Positions 1 to 10,046 are shown, counted from the stretch's first letter. The stretch is 64,000 nt of DNA from an uncultured delta proteobacterium (GCA_963785725.1 CAWAWS010000039.1:1-64000); one strand, 5' to 3'. Made by a program: numbers and translations. The notes: generated by a model from the sequence alone, not told the origin.

Positions 1-1143
1 GGCGAGCAGACGATGCGCGAACCGGTGTTGGACGTGGTCGGATCGAAGACGGTGGTGCTCGTCGGAACGAACCATTCTGGGGCTGCTGCGATTCTTTTTG
101 CGGCCACGCACCCGTCACGCACGTCGGGGTTGCTTCTGTGCAATAGCCAAGCTGGTTCTGCGGCGACACTCGACGACCCAGGCGCAATGTCGAAGAAGGA
201 CGTGACGGCGCTGACCGAGTTCATCGTTGGCGGCTGGGGGAGGCCGAGCCTCGCTGAGTACCTTTTACCCGACGTTGCGAAGCGAGATCCATCCTTCGGT
301 CCCCTGGCTATCCAGGATGCAGCGTTTGGGTATGACACCCACGATGGCGGCTCGGGAGTTCTCCCAACCCACGGACGTGCGCAATGCACTGTCGTCGGTG
401 CGAGTACCAACCCTCGTGCTTCATAACGAGGAGTTCGAGGCCATTCCGGTCGAATATGGGCGTTACCTTGCGGAGCACATTGCAGGAGCACGCTTCGTGA
501 GCCTCCCGGGGAGAGACTCGTGGCCTTTCGTTCAGCCTGGTGGTGAAGAGTGTCTGTGTCAGATTGATAGTTTCCTCAGCAGCCTCACCACTGCGGTGGT
601 CTCAAACCGGGCGCTCGCCGCCATCTTGTTCACCGACATCGTTGGATCGACGGAACGGGCGTCGGCGCTCGGCGACCTCGAGTGGCGGAACCTCCAAGAG
701 ATCCTGCCACCAACGCCCTCGCCAGAACCCTTGTTGGCCAATACCAGGGACGAATCGTGAAGACGACCGGCGATGGGGTCTTGGCCACCTTCGACGGTCC
801 TGGACGAGCCATCCGCTGCGTGGAGGCCCTCGGCGATGCTCCTCAAGCCGTTGGGCTTGGAGATCTGCGCCGGTCTTCACACCGGAGAGGTTGAGATCCG
901 AGAAGCAGACATCGCTGGGACCGGCGTCCACATCGCGGCGTGTGTCCTTGCCTCGGCCTCACCTGGTGAGGCGTGGGTCTCGGCTGCAGTCCCGATGCTC
1001 GTTGCCGGATCAGGGTTCGAGTCCATGACCGAGGCGAACACCACCTCAAAGGCGTTCAGGGGCCATGGCGGCTGTTCTCGGTTCGAGGCTCACCGAATGG
1101 AATCGCTCAGCTCTGCATCGAGGTGAAATCCGGCCAACCGTAA
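1..1143 (+). CDS. alpha/beta hydrolase fused to class III adenylate/guanylate cyclase (LipJ/Rv1900c-like); 5'-partial, frameshifted
   Basis: Hydrolase segments (AILFAATHPSR, VRVPTLVLH) then ILFTDIVGST, KTTGDGVLATFDGP, GLHTGEVE and HLKGVQGPWRLF across several frames. Confidence 0.85.
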
Positions 1144-1162
1144 CCCTCAGGCGCCAGTTAGA

Positions 1163-1181
1163 GGTGTCCCAGACCGCCGGG
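1163..1181 (-). repeat. cassette-boundary element, conserved arm (reverse orientation)
   Basis: Minus strand CCCGGCGGTCTGGGACACC, nearly identical to CCCGGCGTGCTGGGACACC at 61177. Confidence 0.7.
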
Positions 1182-1203
1182 TATGTGCGACGCTCTTGCC
1201 CGC

Positions 1204-1570
1204 CTACGCAGAGGTCGGCCGCCGAACGATGTTGAACGCGTCCCCCTCTGGATCGGTCATGACAACCCACTGGTGACCGAATCCCTCGATGACCTCGTCG
1301 CTCCGGAGCGGCTCGCTCCCGCAGTCCCTGCAGGCGAGCGACTTCATATTCCCAGTCCGCCATGCGAAGATCCAGATGCATCCTGTTCTTCCCGGCCGGT
1401 GGCTCAGACACCTTCTGTAGGACGAGAAGGGGTTCAGAGTCGTTCGTTGGCACCAGAGGCCAGAACTCGCCGAATCCTCCTGGGCTGGAGTAGCCAAGCG
1501 CTTGTGTCCAAACGCCGCCAGCCTTTCCGGCTCTTGGCAGTCGAGGGGTGATCGTTATGCGGGGCTCCAT
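1204..1570 (-). CDS. VOC/glyoxalase-like protein (frameshifted)
   Basis: WTQALGY...KNRMHLDL...WVVMTDPEG motifs. Confidence 0.8.
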
Positions 1571-1623
1571 GGTCACTCCGTTTTCTTCAGACCTGTGTCC
1601 TACACCAAAGCCTCACCGAGCGC

Positions 1624-1728
1624 CTCTGCCCCCGAGCACCGGGTCGGTGACGCTTATCGCTATCCGATTCCTTTGCTCCCTCAATCTGGAAATGCTGCCC
1701 CGAGCGACCTTCAACAAGGGTGGCAGAG
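1624..1728 (-). repeat. cassette-boundary element(s), reverse orientation
   Basis: CTCTGCCCCCGAGCACCGGG (1624-1643), second CTGCCCCGAGCGACC (~1695), inverted partner GGGTGGCAGAG (1718-1728). Confidence 0.5.
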
Positions 1729-1782
1729 TCTTGCGACCCTAGGCCAGACTGTTCGCGTCATGGAGATTCCCGAACCAAAGTT

Positions 1783-4483
1783 GTGGCGGTAGGCGACTCC
1801 GACGTGGCCACACCTACTGGCACCGTGACCTTCCTCTTCACGGATATCGAGGGTTCGACGCGCCCTTGGGAGGACCGACCTGACGACATGCCTGCCCTGG
1901 TTGCAGAGCATGATGCTCGGCTCCGGTCGGCGATCGAGAACAACGGTGGGTATGTGTTCGCGACCGGTGGCGATGGTTTCGCTGCGGCATTCGGACGCGC
2001 CGCCGATGCAGTAGCTGCCGCCGAGCGAGCCCAAGCCGCAATCAAGGATCTGCCCGACATCAGGGTGAGGATGGGACTCAACACCGGCGAGGTGCAAGAA
2101 CGGGGTGGCGACTATTTCGGTCCCGCGGTGAACCGGACGGCCCGGCTGATGGCCGTCGCCCATGGTGGGCAGGTCCTGTTGGCAGCGGTCACAGCTGAAC
2201 TCGTGCCTGGTTTGGCCTTACGGAACCTCGGTGAACATCGGCTACGCGACCTGGGCTCTCCAATGGTGGTGTTGCAGCTCGGAGCGGAGGAGTTCCCGCC
2301 GCTACGTACCCTTGACGAGCTCCCGGGAAATTTGCCACATCAGCTGACCAGTTTCGTGGGCCGTGACGCGGAGGTGGGAACGATTGCAGAGCGGTTGGGC
2401 GAAAACCGGTTGGTGACGCTGACCGGTGTTGGTGGGGTCGGTAAGACAAGGTTGGCGTTGCAGGTGGCAGCAGAGGTCGTTCTGCAGTTCCCTGATGGAG
2501 CATGGTTGTGCGAGCTGGCTTCCGCGGATGACGCCGAGAGTCTTATTGAGGTGATTGCGGCCTCGCTCGATGTTCCGACCCGGCCGGGTAGGACTCGTCG
2601 AGACCGTGGTCGAGTTCTTGCGGGGGAGACACTTGCTCTTGGTGCTCGACAACTGCGAACACCTGCTCGACCCGGCGGCAGAGCTCGCAGATTCGCGCTG
2701 CGGCATTGCCCATTGGTGAGCATTCTTGCCACCAGTCGCGAAGCGCTGGCCATCGACGGCGAACACGTCCATGGCATGCGGGCGATCGGCGACGAGGATG
2801 CCCTGCGGCTTTTTCTGGACCGGGCCCGGGCAGTGCGGGACTTCGAGGTCGACGACGTATCTCGTGCTGCGATTACGGAAATCTGCCAGCGACTCGACGA
2901 CATCCCGTTGGCGATCGAACTGGCTGCAGCCCGGGTGGTGTCGATGCAACCGACCGAGATCGCGGCGCGCCTCAATGAACGATTTCGGCTGTTGAGCGGT
3001 GGCCGCCGTCATGGCGTGGAGCGCCACCAGACGTTGCGGGCCACCGTCGAATGGTCGTACGCGATGCTCGAGGAGTCCGAGCGAGTGGTCTTCGACCACC
3101 TCGGCGTCTTTCCCGGATCGTTTACCAGCGAGGCCGCCGTGAGCGTCGTGGGTGGCAACGATGTGGATGAGTGGGACGTAATCGACGCCAGATGAGCTTG
3201 ACGCGCAAGTCGATGCTCGGCGCGGAGGCCGACGAGTCTGGCGTCACGCGGTATTCGGTATTGGAGACACTGCGCCAATACGGCCGAGAGCAACTGCACG
3301 CCCATGGTCAGATCGAAGCGGCGCGGCGGGCACACGCCGCCTACTACGCAGAACTTGCCGAGCGACTGGGGGACGAGCTCATCACCGACTGTGAGATCCT
3401 GGCACGACGTTCCACGCTTGCCGAACTCGATAATTTCCGTACCGCTGTCGCCTGGTCCCTCGATGCCGAGGTCTACACCGACACGCTCCTCGCGATCCGC
3501 ATCGTGGCGGGGCTAGCCCTGTTGGCGAATACAGCCAAGTCGTCGGGTCTCGGCTCTTGGGCCGAACGGTCCGTCGTGCGGCTCGACGGTGTCGAGCTGG
3601 GGCTGCGAGCCGCTGTGCTTGGCGCGGCGGCGGCCAACGCCTGGCAACGGGGCGACATGGAGTTGGCGTCCCGATACGCCAGCCTCGCCGTTGCCGATGG
3701 GATCCCGTCCAGCTGCCCGAGATCTGCGATGGCTCAGACTGCCGCGTCACCGGCGTTGACGACCATCGACCTGCAGGAAAGTATCCCGCTCTTACGCCAG
3801 GCGGTCCGGGAACTCCAACCGTTTGGCGATGTCTGGGGTGTGCTCAATCTCGAGCTCGTTGCCGTAATCCTCCTGGCCGTCCTCGGAGACTTCGGCACTG
3901 CCCAAACGGAGATTGAACCACATGTCCCCCGCGCCCGCGAACTGGGCAATCCCACGAACCTGGTCATTGCCTTGTACGCATTCGCGTGTGCGTGGCGGCT
4001 GGACAATCCAACTGCCGCGCTCGTCGCACTGGAGGAGAGCTTTTCGCTAACGGGTGGTGGCGCAAGTGACGTCGTGCTCGAGAGCGCCCATATGCTGCTC
4101 GGCCAAATCCGACTCGCGCTAGGCGACGTTCGAGGTGCCCTCGACGCCTTCCGATCAGCGTTTGAAGTTGCGGATCGATTCGGGAACCGCACCGTGGTAC
4201 TCGGCGCCTTCTGGACGGCAATTCAAGCTCTAAGTGCCTGCGAGGCATACGGCCCCGCTGCCGTCTGTATCGGAATTGCCGAGAAGAGCCACTTTGTTCT
4301 CTTCAACCCTTGGACGCAATCGCCGGACGCTGACCACCACGCCCGAGCGTGTGAGGCAACTCCGCCGCGCTGGGGGACGACCGCTACAACCAGCTCGTCA
4401 GCCAGGGTGCCGCAATGTCTTATGACGACGCGATCATCTGGGTCCGAACTGTTCTCGCGGCCGACGACGGCGGGCTTACATAA
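1783..4483 (+). CDS. class III cyclase + STAND/NB-ARC-like ATPase + TPR-like helical protein (frameshifted)
   Basis: TFLFTDIEGST, GDYFGPAVNRTAR, GNLPHQLTSFVGR, Walker A GVGGVGKTRLA, LDNCEHL (shifted frame), PLAIELAAAR, RHQTLRATVEWSY; shifts near 2600, 2690, 3190, 4365. Confidence 0.85.
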
Positions 4484-4511
4484 CATTCCACCTGGACGCA
4501 TCGTGTGTCAC

Positions 4512-4564
4512 GTGCCCCACCGGAACTGTTCAGACTGCGTCCCCTATCAGCGGCCTGGGGGCGC
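4512..4564. repeat. cassette-boundary-like hairpin
   Basis: GTGCCCCACCG...CGGCCTGGGGGCGC inverted arms between the ATPase gene and the TA pair. Confidence 0.5.
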
Positions 4565-4606
4565 CGGGAGGGTTCGCCCGGGCAGGTTTCGTAGTACGAT
4601 TGATAA

Positions 4607-4849
4607 GTGGATGAACTGCCATCTGCCTTCCGCCACGGGGTCTCGAGCGAGGACATTCAGCACGCCCTTCGAAACGCACTCGTGGTCGAGCAGGTCGCTG
4701 AAGATCCGGACAGGTACCTCGTGGTGGGACCTGACAAAGCTGCTCGGCTTCTTGAGCTGATTGTTATGGACAGACCAGCTGGTCCCGCAGTGATCCACGC
4801 CATGGGCATGCGACCGCAATATCGGTCGCTCCTTGAAGGAGGATTGTGA
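4607..4849 (+). CDS. putative type II toxin (BrnT/RelE-like fold)
   Basis: SAFRHGVSSEDIQHAL...LVVGPD...LLELIV...VIHAM pattern; overlaps downstream RHH gene (GTGA). Confidence 0.7.
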   Translation: MDELPSAFRHGVSSEDIQHALRNALVVEQVAEDPDRYLVVGPDKAARLLELIVMDRPAGPAVIHAMGMRPQYRSLLEGGL

Positions 4850-5127
4850 CGAAGAAGACCAACGGCAAGCTGAAGGACGGCACTCCGATTAGCGACGAGA
4901 TGATCGAGGCTATGGCCGATGAGGCCGAACGTGGGTACGACGTCGATTCCTTCAAAGAGAGAAACCGAGGCGGTCGACCACGCTTGGGTTCTGCGGTCGC
5001 ATCAGTCGAATCGGTCCGCCTAGATCCTGAATTGAAGCGCGACCTCCTGCTGCGAGCTTCAGATGAGGGTGTGAGTCTCTCGGAACTCATTCGCAAGGCG
5101 TTGCGGCAATACGTTGCAGCGTCATAG
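4846..5127 (+). CDS. CopG/ribbon-helix-helix antitoxin
   Basis: GRPRLG...SVRLDPELKRDL...GVSLSELIRKALRQY. Confidence 0.8.
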   Translation: MTKKTNGKLKDGTPISDEMIEAMADEAERGYDVDSFKERNRGGRPRLGSAVASVESVRLDPELKRDLLLRASDEGVSLSELIRKALRQYVAAS

Positions 5128-5132
5128 CTAGG

Positions 5133-5396
5133 TCATTTCCTGCTTCCATAAGTTCGTGGCGAGGAACTCCCGAGGGTGATCACGGCCTGAGGTAAAGCAG
5201 GTCGAAACGACTCATGATGGTGTTGGCAGACGACCGTGGTTCCGGCGTCGGGGACTTCACGCTTCTGATCTCCGTCGGTTGCCCCTCGGATGGTGACCAT
5301 CGGGGTAGATGGAGCAGCCCACGGCCACCACAAGCGGAATCCGGGATCGTCAAACTCTCCCCAGTCGTAGAGCGCACTTGCGTCACCGAGCGGCAC
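5133..5396 (-). CDS. small hypothetical protein
   Basis: 87-aa ORF starting 3 nt after the stop of the 5400-5720 gene. Confidence 0.35.
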   Translation of the reverse strand: MPLGDASALYDWGEFDDPGFRLWWPWAAPSTPMVTIRGATDGDQKREVPDAGTTVVCQHHHESFRPALPQAVITLGSSSPRTYGSRK

Positions 5397-5399
5397 GAC

Positions 5400-5720
5400 T
5401 CAGGCAGATCGGCGGTGGTCAGCCTTCTCTGCGACCGATCGCCGGCGGTCCTCAATCATCTCGAGCATCGCTGCATCGTTCCGGATCTGCTCGGCACGCT
5501 CGTCAGTCTGCTGGTACCAGCCGGCAATCACCCGCATCACTCCGTCGTGATCTCCGGCCAGCCAAGCGTCCGTGGGCGTTCGACCTCCGAGCACTTCATG
5601 CAGCCTGGTGTTCCACCATTCGTCCGACGCGCCCGACGAGGTCGCAATCCGGTGCACGAGTTCGTCGATCGCAGCTTGGCGGCGGGCCTGCTCGATCTGA
5701 TTCAGCGGCGACGAACTCAC
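5400..5720 (-). CDS. MbcA/ParS/Xre-like antitoxin C-terminal domain protein
   Basis: EWWNTRLHEVLGGRTPTDAWLAGDHDGV resembles the W...LGGxTP motif of DUF2384. Confidence 0.55.
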   Translation of the reverse strand: MSSSPLNQIEQARRQAAIDELVHRIATSSGASDEWWNTRLHEVLGGRTPTDAWLAGDHDGVMRVIAGWYQQTDERAEQIRNDAAMLEMIEDRRRSVAEKADHRRSA

Positions 5721-5824
5721 GAAATCAGGGTACCGGGAGGATGCTTCCGGAGGGCGGACAAACCACCGGAGAATCGATCTCGATTATCAGGGTCTCAAAA
5801 GGTCGGGAGCGTTGTCTCAGGTCG

Positions 5825-5878
5825 CCATCCCCGCGCTATCCCCGCGCGGCACCGAAGAACAGGGGATGACAGGGGATG
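5825..5878. repeat. paired direct repeats, putative integrase arm-type sites
   Basis: C(C/T)ATCCCCGCG x2 (5825-5846) and ACAGGGGATG x2 (5859-5878), sharing an inverted ATCCCC/GGGGAT core, ~90 bp from the tRNA fragment. Confidence 0.55.
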
Positions 5879-5964
5879 CCAACGGCGACCAAGAAAAATG
5901 GCCCAACCAGGAGATTTACCGAAACTCGCCGATCAGCGACTATTTCACAATTCCACCCAAAGGC

Positions 5965-6008
5965 GACTGGGGGTCAAGAGGTCCCGGGTTCAAATCCCGG
6001 CAGCCCGA
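5965..6008 (+). other. tRNA-Pro(GGG) 3' half, att-site remnant
   Basis: GA-CT-GGG-GG-TCAAG anticodon arm, AGGTC, T-arm CCGGG-TTCAAAT-CCCGG, acceptor CAGCCCG-A; no 5' acceptor strand or D-arm upstream. Confidence 0.85.
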
Positions 6009-6103
6009 CTCGAAAAGTGCAGGTCAGAGGCATGCTTCTCGGCCTGAGTCAGGAATCCAGAGGTTCCCTCGCCCTAGTCGCCACTCAGTACGGCCGATGC
6101 GAC

Positions 6104-7813
6104 TGTGAAATTCCGGTTCATGCTTGACGGCGTGGATCCGGCACCTGCTTGACACTTTCCGGCGCGGTTCCGGTACCTGGGCGACACTGACTCCGGTACC
6201 TGCTTGACACTTCGTGCCTGAGAGGTCCACCACGTGGCCGTTGCCACCTTCTTCGCTGTTGACGCAGTCGTCGACAGATCCGAGGGAGGCCGATCGTGCT
6301 GGTGGAGCTCAAAGCTGTGGAACAGCGCTATCGAGCGGTGATCGACGTCCTCGACGGGATGTCCGTGACCGAAGTGGCCCAACGCAACGGGGTGAGCCGC
6401 CAGAGCGTGCACACGTGGCTGCGGCGCTATGCCAACGGAGGCATGGCCGCTCTGGCCGACAAGAGCTCGAGACCCGAGAGCTGTCCGCACCAGATGGCTC
6501 CGCTCACCGAGGCCCGGGTGATCTCGCTGCGTCGCGAACACCCGAGATGGGGACCAAGGTCCATCCGCACCCGGCTCGCTAACGAGGGATTCGCGCCGGT
6601 GCCGGGACTCTCGTCGATCTATCGAACCCTCGTGCGTCATCACCTGCTCGAGCCGACGCAACGCAAGCGCACACGCTCGGACTACAAGCGCTGGGAGCGC
6701 AGCCGGTCCATGGAGCTGTGGCAGATGGACGTCGTCGGTCGCTTCCATCTCGCCGACGGCACTGAGGTCAAGGTCGTCACCGGCGTCGACGATCACTCAC
6801 GGTTCTGCGTCTGCGCCCGCGTGGTGGCCCGGGCGACGGCCCGGCCGGTGTGCGAAGCGCTCCAGTGGGCACTGCGCACCCATGGCGTGCCCGACCAGAT
6901 CCTCACCGACAATGGCAAGGTCTTCACCGCCCGCTTCGGCCAAGGGCCCGGACCGGTCCTCTTCGACCGGATCTGTGCCAACAACGGCATCCGCCATCTG
7001 CTCACCGCTCCGTATTCGCCCACCACGACGGGCAAGGTCGAGCGTTTCCACCGGACCATCAGAAGCGACTTCTTGGTCGACCACGATTGGGTGCACGCGA
7101 CCATCGAGGCGCTCCAAAGAGCGCTTGATGAATGGGTAGCCGAATACAACACGGAGCGTCCGCACCAGTCGCTGGGCGATCGTCCACCAGCTGAGCGCTT
7201 CGCCCTTGCCGCCTCACAGCGGCCGGCCGACCTCGAGCTGCCCGAGGTCATCGAGGAGGTTCCTCTGAGTGAACGGCCACCCGGGGTGAACCGCTGGGTC
7301 GACCAGCGTGGCTCGATCACCCTCGGACGCTTTCGCTATCGGGTGGGCGCAACCTTCGCCGGGGAGTCCGTCGAGGTCGTCGTGCGCTCTGGCCTCGTCG
7401 AGATCCTCCACGCCGGTGTCCTTGTGGCCACCCACGCCGAGCGCCGCCGAGCCGACAAAGGATCGGCACCCCAACGTGCCCCACGCTCTGGACGATCCCG
7501 TCCGCCCACCTCGGGGATGACCGTCACCCGCCGGGTGGACCAAGGCGGGTCAGTTTCCTTCGCCGGAGCCGGCTATCGGGTCGGGCGGAGCTGGGCCCGT
7601 CAGCTCGTCGACGTGGCCATCGTGGCCGGCTCGGTCCAGATCTCAGCCAAGGGCAAGGTGATCAGGGTCCACGCCATCCGCCACGACCGCTCCAAGGAGC
7701 ACGGCGCCTTCGCCACGCCTCAGGGCCGGCCCCGTAAGGCCAAGGTGGCCTGAGGGTTTGGGTGTCAAGGAGGTGCCGGAGTCACTCCGTCAAGCGGGTA
7801 CCGGGTCTTGACA
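6104..7813 (+). mobile_element. complete IS481-family element
   Basis: TGT...ACA ends; imperfect IRs TGTGAAATTCCGGTTCATGCTTGACGG / TGTCAAGACCCGGTACCCGCTTGACGG; flanking direct repeat ACGGCCGATGCGAC at 6090-6103 and 7814-7827. Confidence 0.93.
6296..7753 (+). CDS. IS481-family DDE transposase
   Basis: N-terminal HTH, LWQMD, VDDHSR, LTDNG, TGKVERFHRT, YNTERPHQSL. Confidence 0.95.
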   Translation: MLVELKAVEQRYRAVIDVLDGMSVTEVAQRNGVSRQSVHTWLRRYANGGMAALADKSSRPESCPHQMAPLTEARVISLRREHPRWGPRSIRTRLANEGFAPVPGLSSIYRTLVRHHLLEPTQRKRTRSDYKRWERSRSMELWQMDVVGRFHLADGTEVKVVTGVDDHSRFCVCARVVARATARPVCEALQWALRTHGVPDQILTDNGKVFTARFGQGPGPVLFDRICANNGIRHLLTAPYSPTTTGKVERFHRTIRSDFLVDHDWVHATIEALQRALDEWVAEYNTERPHQSLGDRPPAERFALAASQRPADLELPEVIEEVPLSERPPGVNRWVDQRGSITLGRFRYRVGATFAGESVEVVVRSGLVEILHAGVLVATHAERRRADKGSAPQRAPRSGRSRPPTSGMTVTRRVDQGGSVSFAGAGYRVGRSWARQLVDVAIVAGSVQISAKGKVIRVHAIRHDRSKEHGAFATPQGRPRKAKVA

Positions 7814-8682
7814 ACGGCCGATGCGACTCTGCGGATGCGTTCGGGATCGGCGATGACGTCGAGCTCGACGATTTCGTCCTTGACGACGGTGAAGGCCATC
7901 ACACCGTGCGGCTGGCCGTTGAGAGTGATGACGACGCCCGCGGCGCCGTTGATCAACGCAGGAAGGAGCACCGCCGCCGGATTGGCACCGAGGCGCGCTT
8001 GTCGAGCGACAGCCGCTGCGCCACGGACGATCGTGGACGCATGCGGCCGGCTGGGACCGAAATCGGCTCGCAGGACGACGTTGGGGTGGAGTACGGCGAT
8101 CAGTGCGTCGAAGTCACCATTGCGGGCCGCCAAGAAGAAAGCGTCGACCACCGTGCGTTGACGCGCAAGGTCGGAATCAGGGGTTTCGGCCCCTTTGACC
8201 CGGCGCCGTGCCCTGCTCGCGAGCTGCCTGGCCGCAGCCGGGGATCGACCGACCATCGGGGCGATCTCCTCATATGGCAGGTCGAACATGTCATGGAGAA
8301 CGAAGGCCAGGCGCTCAGCGGGAACGAGAGAATCGAGTACGACGAGGAGAGCGAGTCCGACCGAGTCGGCAAGCAGCGCCTCGTCCTCTGGCCCGAGTTC
8401 TCCCACGGGGCTGATAACCGGATCCGGGAGATGCACCTCAAGGGAATCCTCGCGCCGGACATTGCGCGTTCGGAGCATGTTCAGACAGACGCGGGCGACG
8501 ATGGTCGTCAACCATCCACCGAAGTTGTCGATGTCGTTCGTTTCGGCTCGGCTCGCTCGCACCCAGGCATCCTGGACAGCGTCGTCGGCCTCGTTGAGCG
8601 AGCCCAGCATCCGGTAGGCAACAGCTCGAAGCTGTGTCCTCTGCTCCTCGAATCGCTTTGCCAGCTCGTCGTTCTCCTCCAT
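7765..8682 (-). CDS. ECF sigma factor with SnoaL-like extension (ECF41/SigJ type); last codons replaced by IS sequence
   Basis: AVAYRMLGSLNEADDAVQDAW, ERLAFVLHDMF, RQLASRARRRV, GDFDALIAVLHPNVVLRAD, INGAAG, DPERI. Confidence 0.9.
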   Translation of the reverse strand: MEENDELAKRFEEQRTQLRAVAYRMLGSLNEADDAVQDAWVRASRAETNDIDNFGGWLTTIVARVCLNMLRTRNVRREDSLEVHLPDPVISPVGELGPEDEALLADSVGLALLVVLDSLVPAERLAFVLHDMFDLPYEEIAPMVGRSPAAARQLASRARRRVKGAETPDSDLARQRTVVDAFFLAARNGDFDALIAVLHPNVVLRADFGPSRPHASTIVRGAAAVARQARLGANPAAVLLPALINGAAGVVITLNGQPHGVMAFTVVKDEIVELDVIADPERIRRVASAVVKTRYPLDGVTPAPP

Positions 8683-8758
8683 CACGCACATCCTCGCCGA
8701 ACACCGCGGCTACCCAGGGCGATCCCCGATGTGACAACGGGGGGTGGGTCCTCGACAG

Positions 8759-9229
8759 TCAGCCCCACTGGCCGGGCGTGTAGTCACCGGCGGGCTGACG
8801 GGTGACGACATTGAGGCGGTTGTACAGATTGATGAGGGCAATGAGACACACCAGTGCTCCGAGCTGGTCCTCGTCGAAGTGCTTGGATGCGTTGGCCCAG
8901 GCTTCGTCATAGACGTCGCCACCGTCGGCGACCCTGGTTCCCTGCTCGGTGAGCTCGAGCGCAGCCCGTTCGGCTTCGGTGAAGACGGTCGCCTCTCGCC
9001 ATGCCGCGATCAGGTTGATTCGCACTGAGCTCTCGCCGCGGTGCTCGGCATCCTTGGTGTGCATGTCCAAGCAGACGCCGCACCCGTTGACCTGGCTGGC
9101 CCGGATCTTGACCAGTTCTTGGGTCGTGGTCGGCAAGGTCGAACCGGTGATCACCGCGCCTGCGGCATTGATGTGCTTGGTGAATTTTCCGGCAAGCTCA
9201 TTGCGGTAAAAGTCGAGTCGAGCGTCCAT
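8759..9229 (-). CDS. carboxymuconolactone decarboxylase / AhpD-like protein
   Basis: ELVKIRASQVNGCGVCLDMH, AWREATVFTEAERAALEL, INLYNRLNV. Confidence 0.9.
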   Translation of the reverse strand: MDARLDFYRNELAGKFTKHINAAGAVITGSTLPTTTQELVKIRASQVNGCGVCLDMHTKDAEHRGESSVRINLIAAWREATVFTEAERAALELTEQGTRVADGGDVYDEAWANASKHFDEDQLGALVCLIALINLYNRLNVVTRQPAGDYTPGQWG

Positions 9230-9264
9230 TTCGGTCTCCTTAGATGTTGGGCTCCCGGGACTAT

Positions 9265-9291
9265 GACCCCGTGGGCCAACGAAATGTGACA
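9265..9291 (-). promoter_or_regulatory. ECF41-type promoter
   Basis: TGTCACA-N16-GGTC upstream of the CMD gene; recalled ECF41 consensus TGTCACA-N16-CGTC. Confidence 0.7.
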
Positions 9292-9307
9292 GAGCGGGCG
9301 GATCGCC

Positions 9308-10046
9308 TTAGGGCCGGGATCGCAGCACGGCGACCTCAGGCATTTCCTCGGGCGGGCCGAAGCCGTGTGCAGCCAGCCAGCGGACGCTCGACAGGCATCG
9401 CAACGACTGCCAGGCGCGGATGAGGTCGCGGTCGACTGCCGTGCCGTAGCCGGCGACGACGTCGTCGAGGTGCTCCTCGTGTCCGAGCGTGAGGGTGGCG
9501 AGGTCGAAGAGCGCGTCGCCCTGGGACGCCTCGGACCAGTCGACAACGCCAATGACCTCATCGCCGGCGACAAAGACGTGGTCGACCTGCAGATCGCCGT
9601 GGATGAAGACAGGTGTCCAGGGCCGCAGCGCGGTTTCGGCGAGCCGGCGGTTGCGTGTGACCACGTCGGCCGGGAGGACCTCGTTGGCAACGAGCCACTC
9701 ACACTCACCGGCGAGGCGCGATGCGCAGCTCGTCGAGACTCCGACCGGGCCATGGCGGCAGCGGCGCGTCGTGCAGCATCCGGACCGCGGCACCGGCCGC
9801 GGCCCATGCTGCCGACGACGCGGTGGAGGGCTCACCGAGGCGACCGAGTGCCGTCCCCTGAAGCGCTGCGAGAGCGAGTACGGGCGGCTTCCGCCACAGG
9901 ATCTCGGGAGTCGGGACCGGCGCCATCGCCATCGCCTCGACCTCAATCTCGGTCCGGGTCTGATCAGCGTCGATCTTCAGGAACTCGTCACCGACGCGCA
10001 GGGTCGCACGCTCGCTATGAGCGACAACGACCTCTACCTCCTCCAT
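9308..10046 (-). CDS. aminoglycoside phosphotransferase (APH)-family kinase, frameshift ~9725
   Basis: FLKID, HGDLQVDHVFV, GVVDWSEA, GDALFDLA. Confidence 0.85.

Noticed and set aside
5965..6008. Functional tRNA-Pro gene
   Set aside because: The 5' acceptor strand and D-arm are absent.
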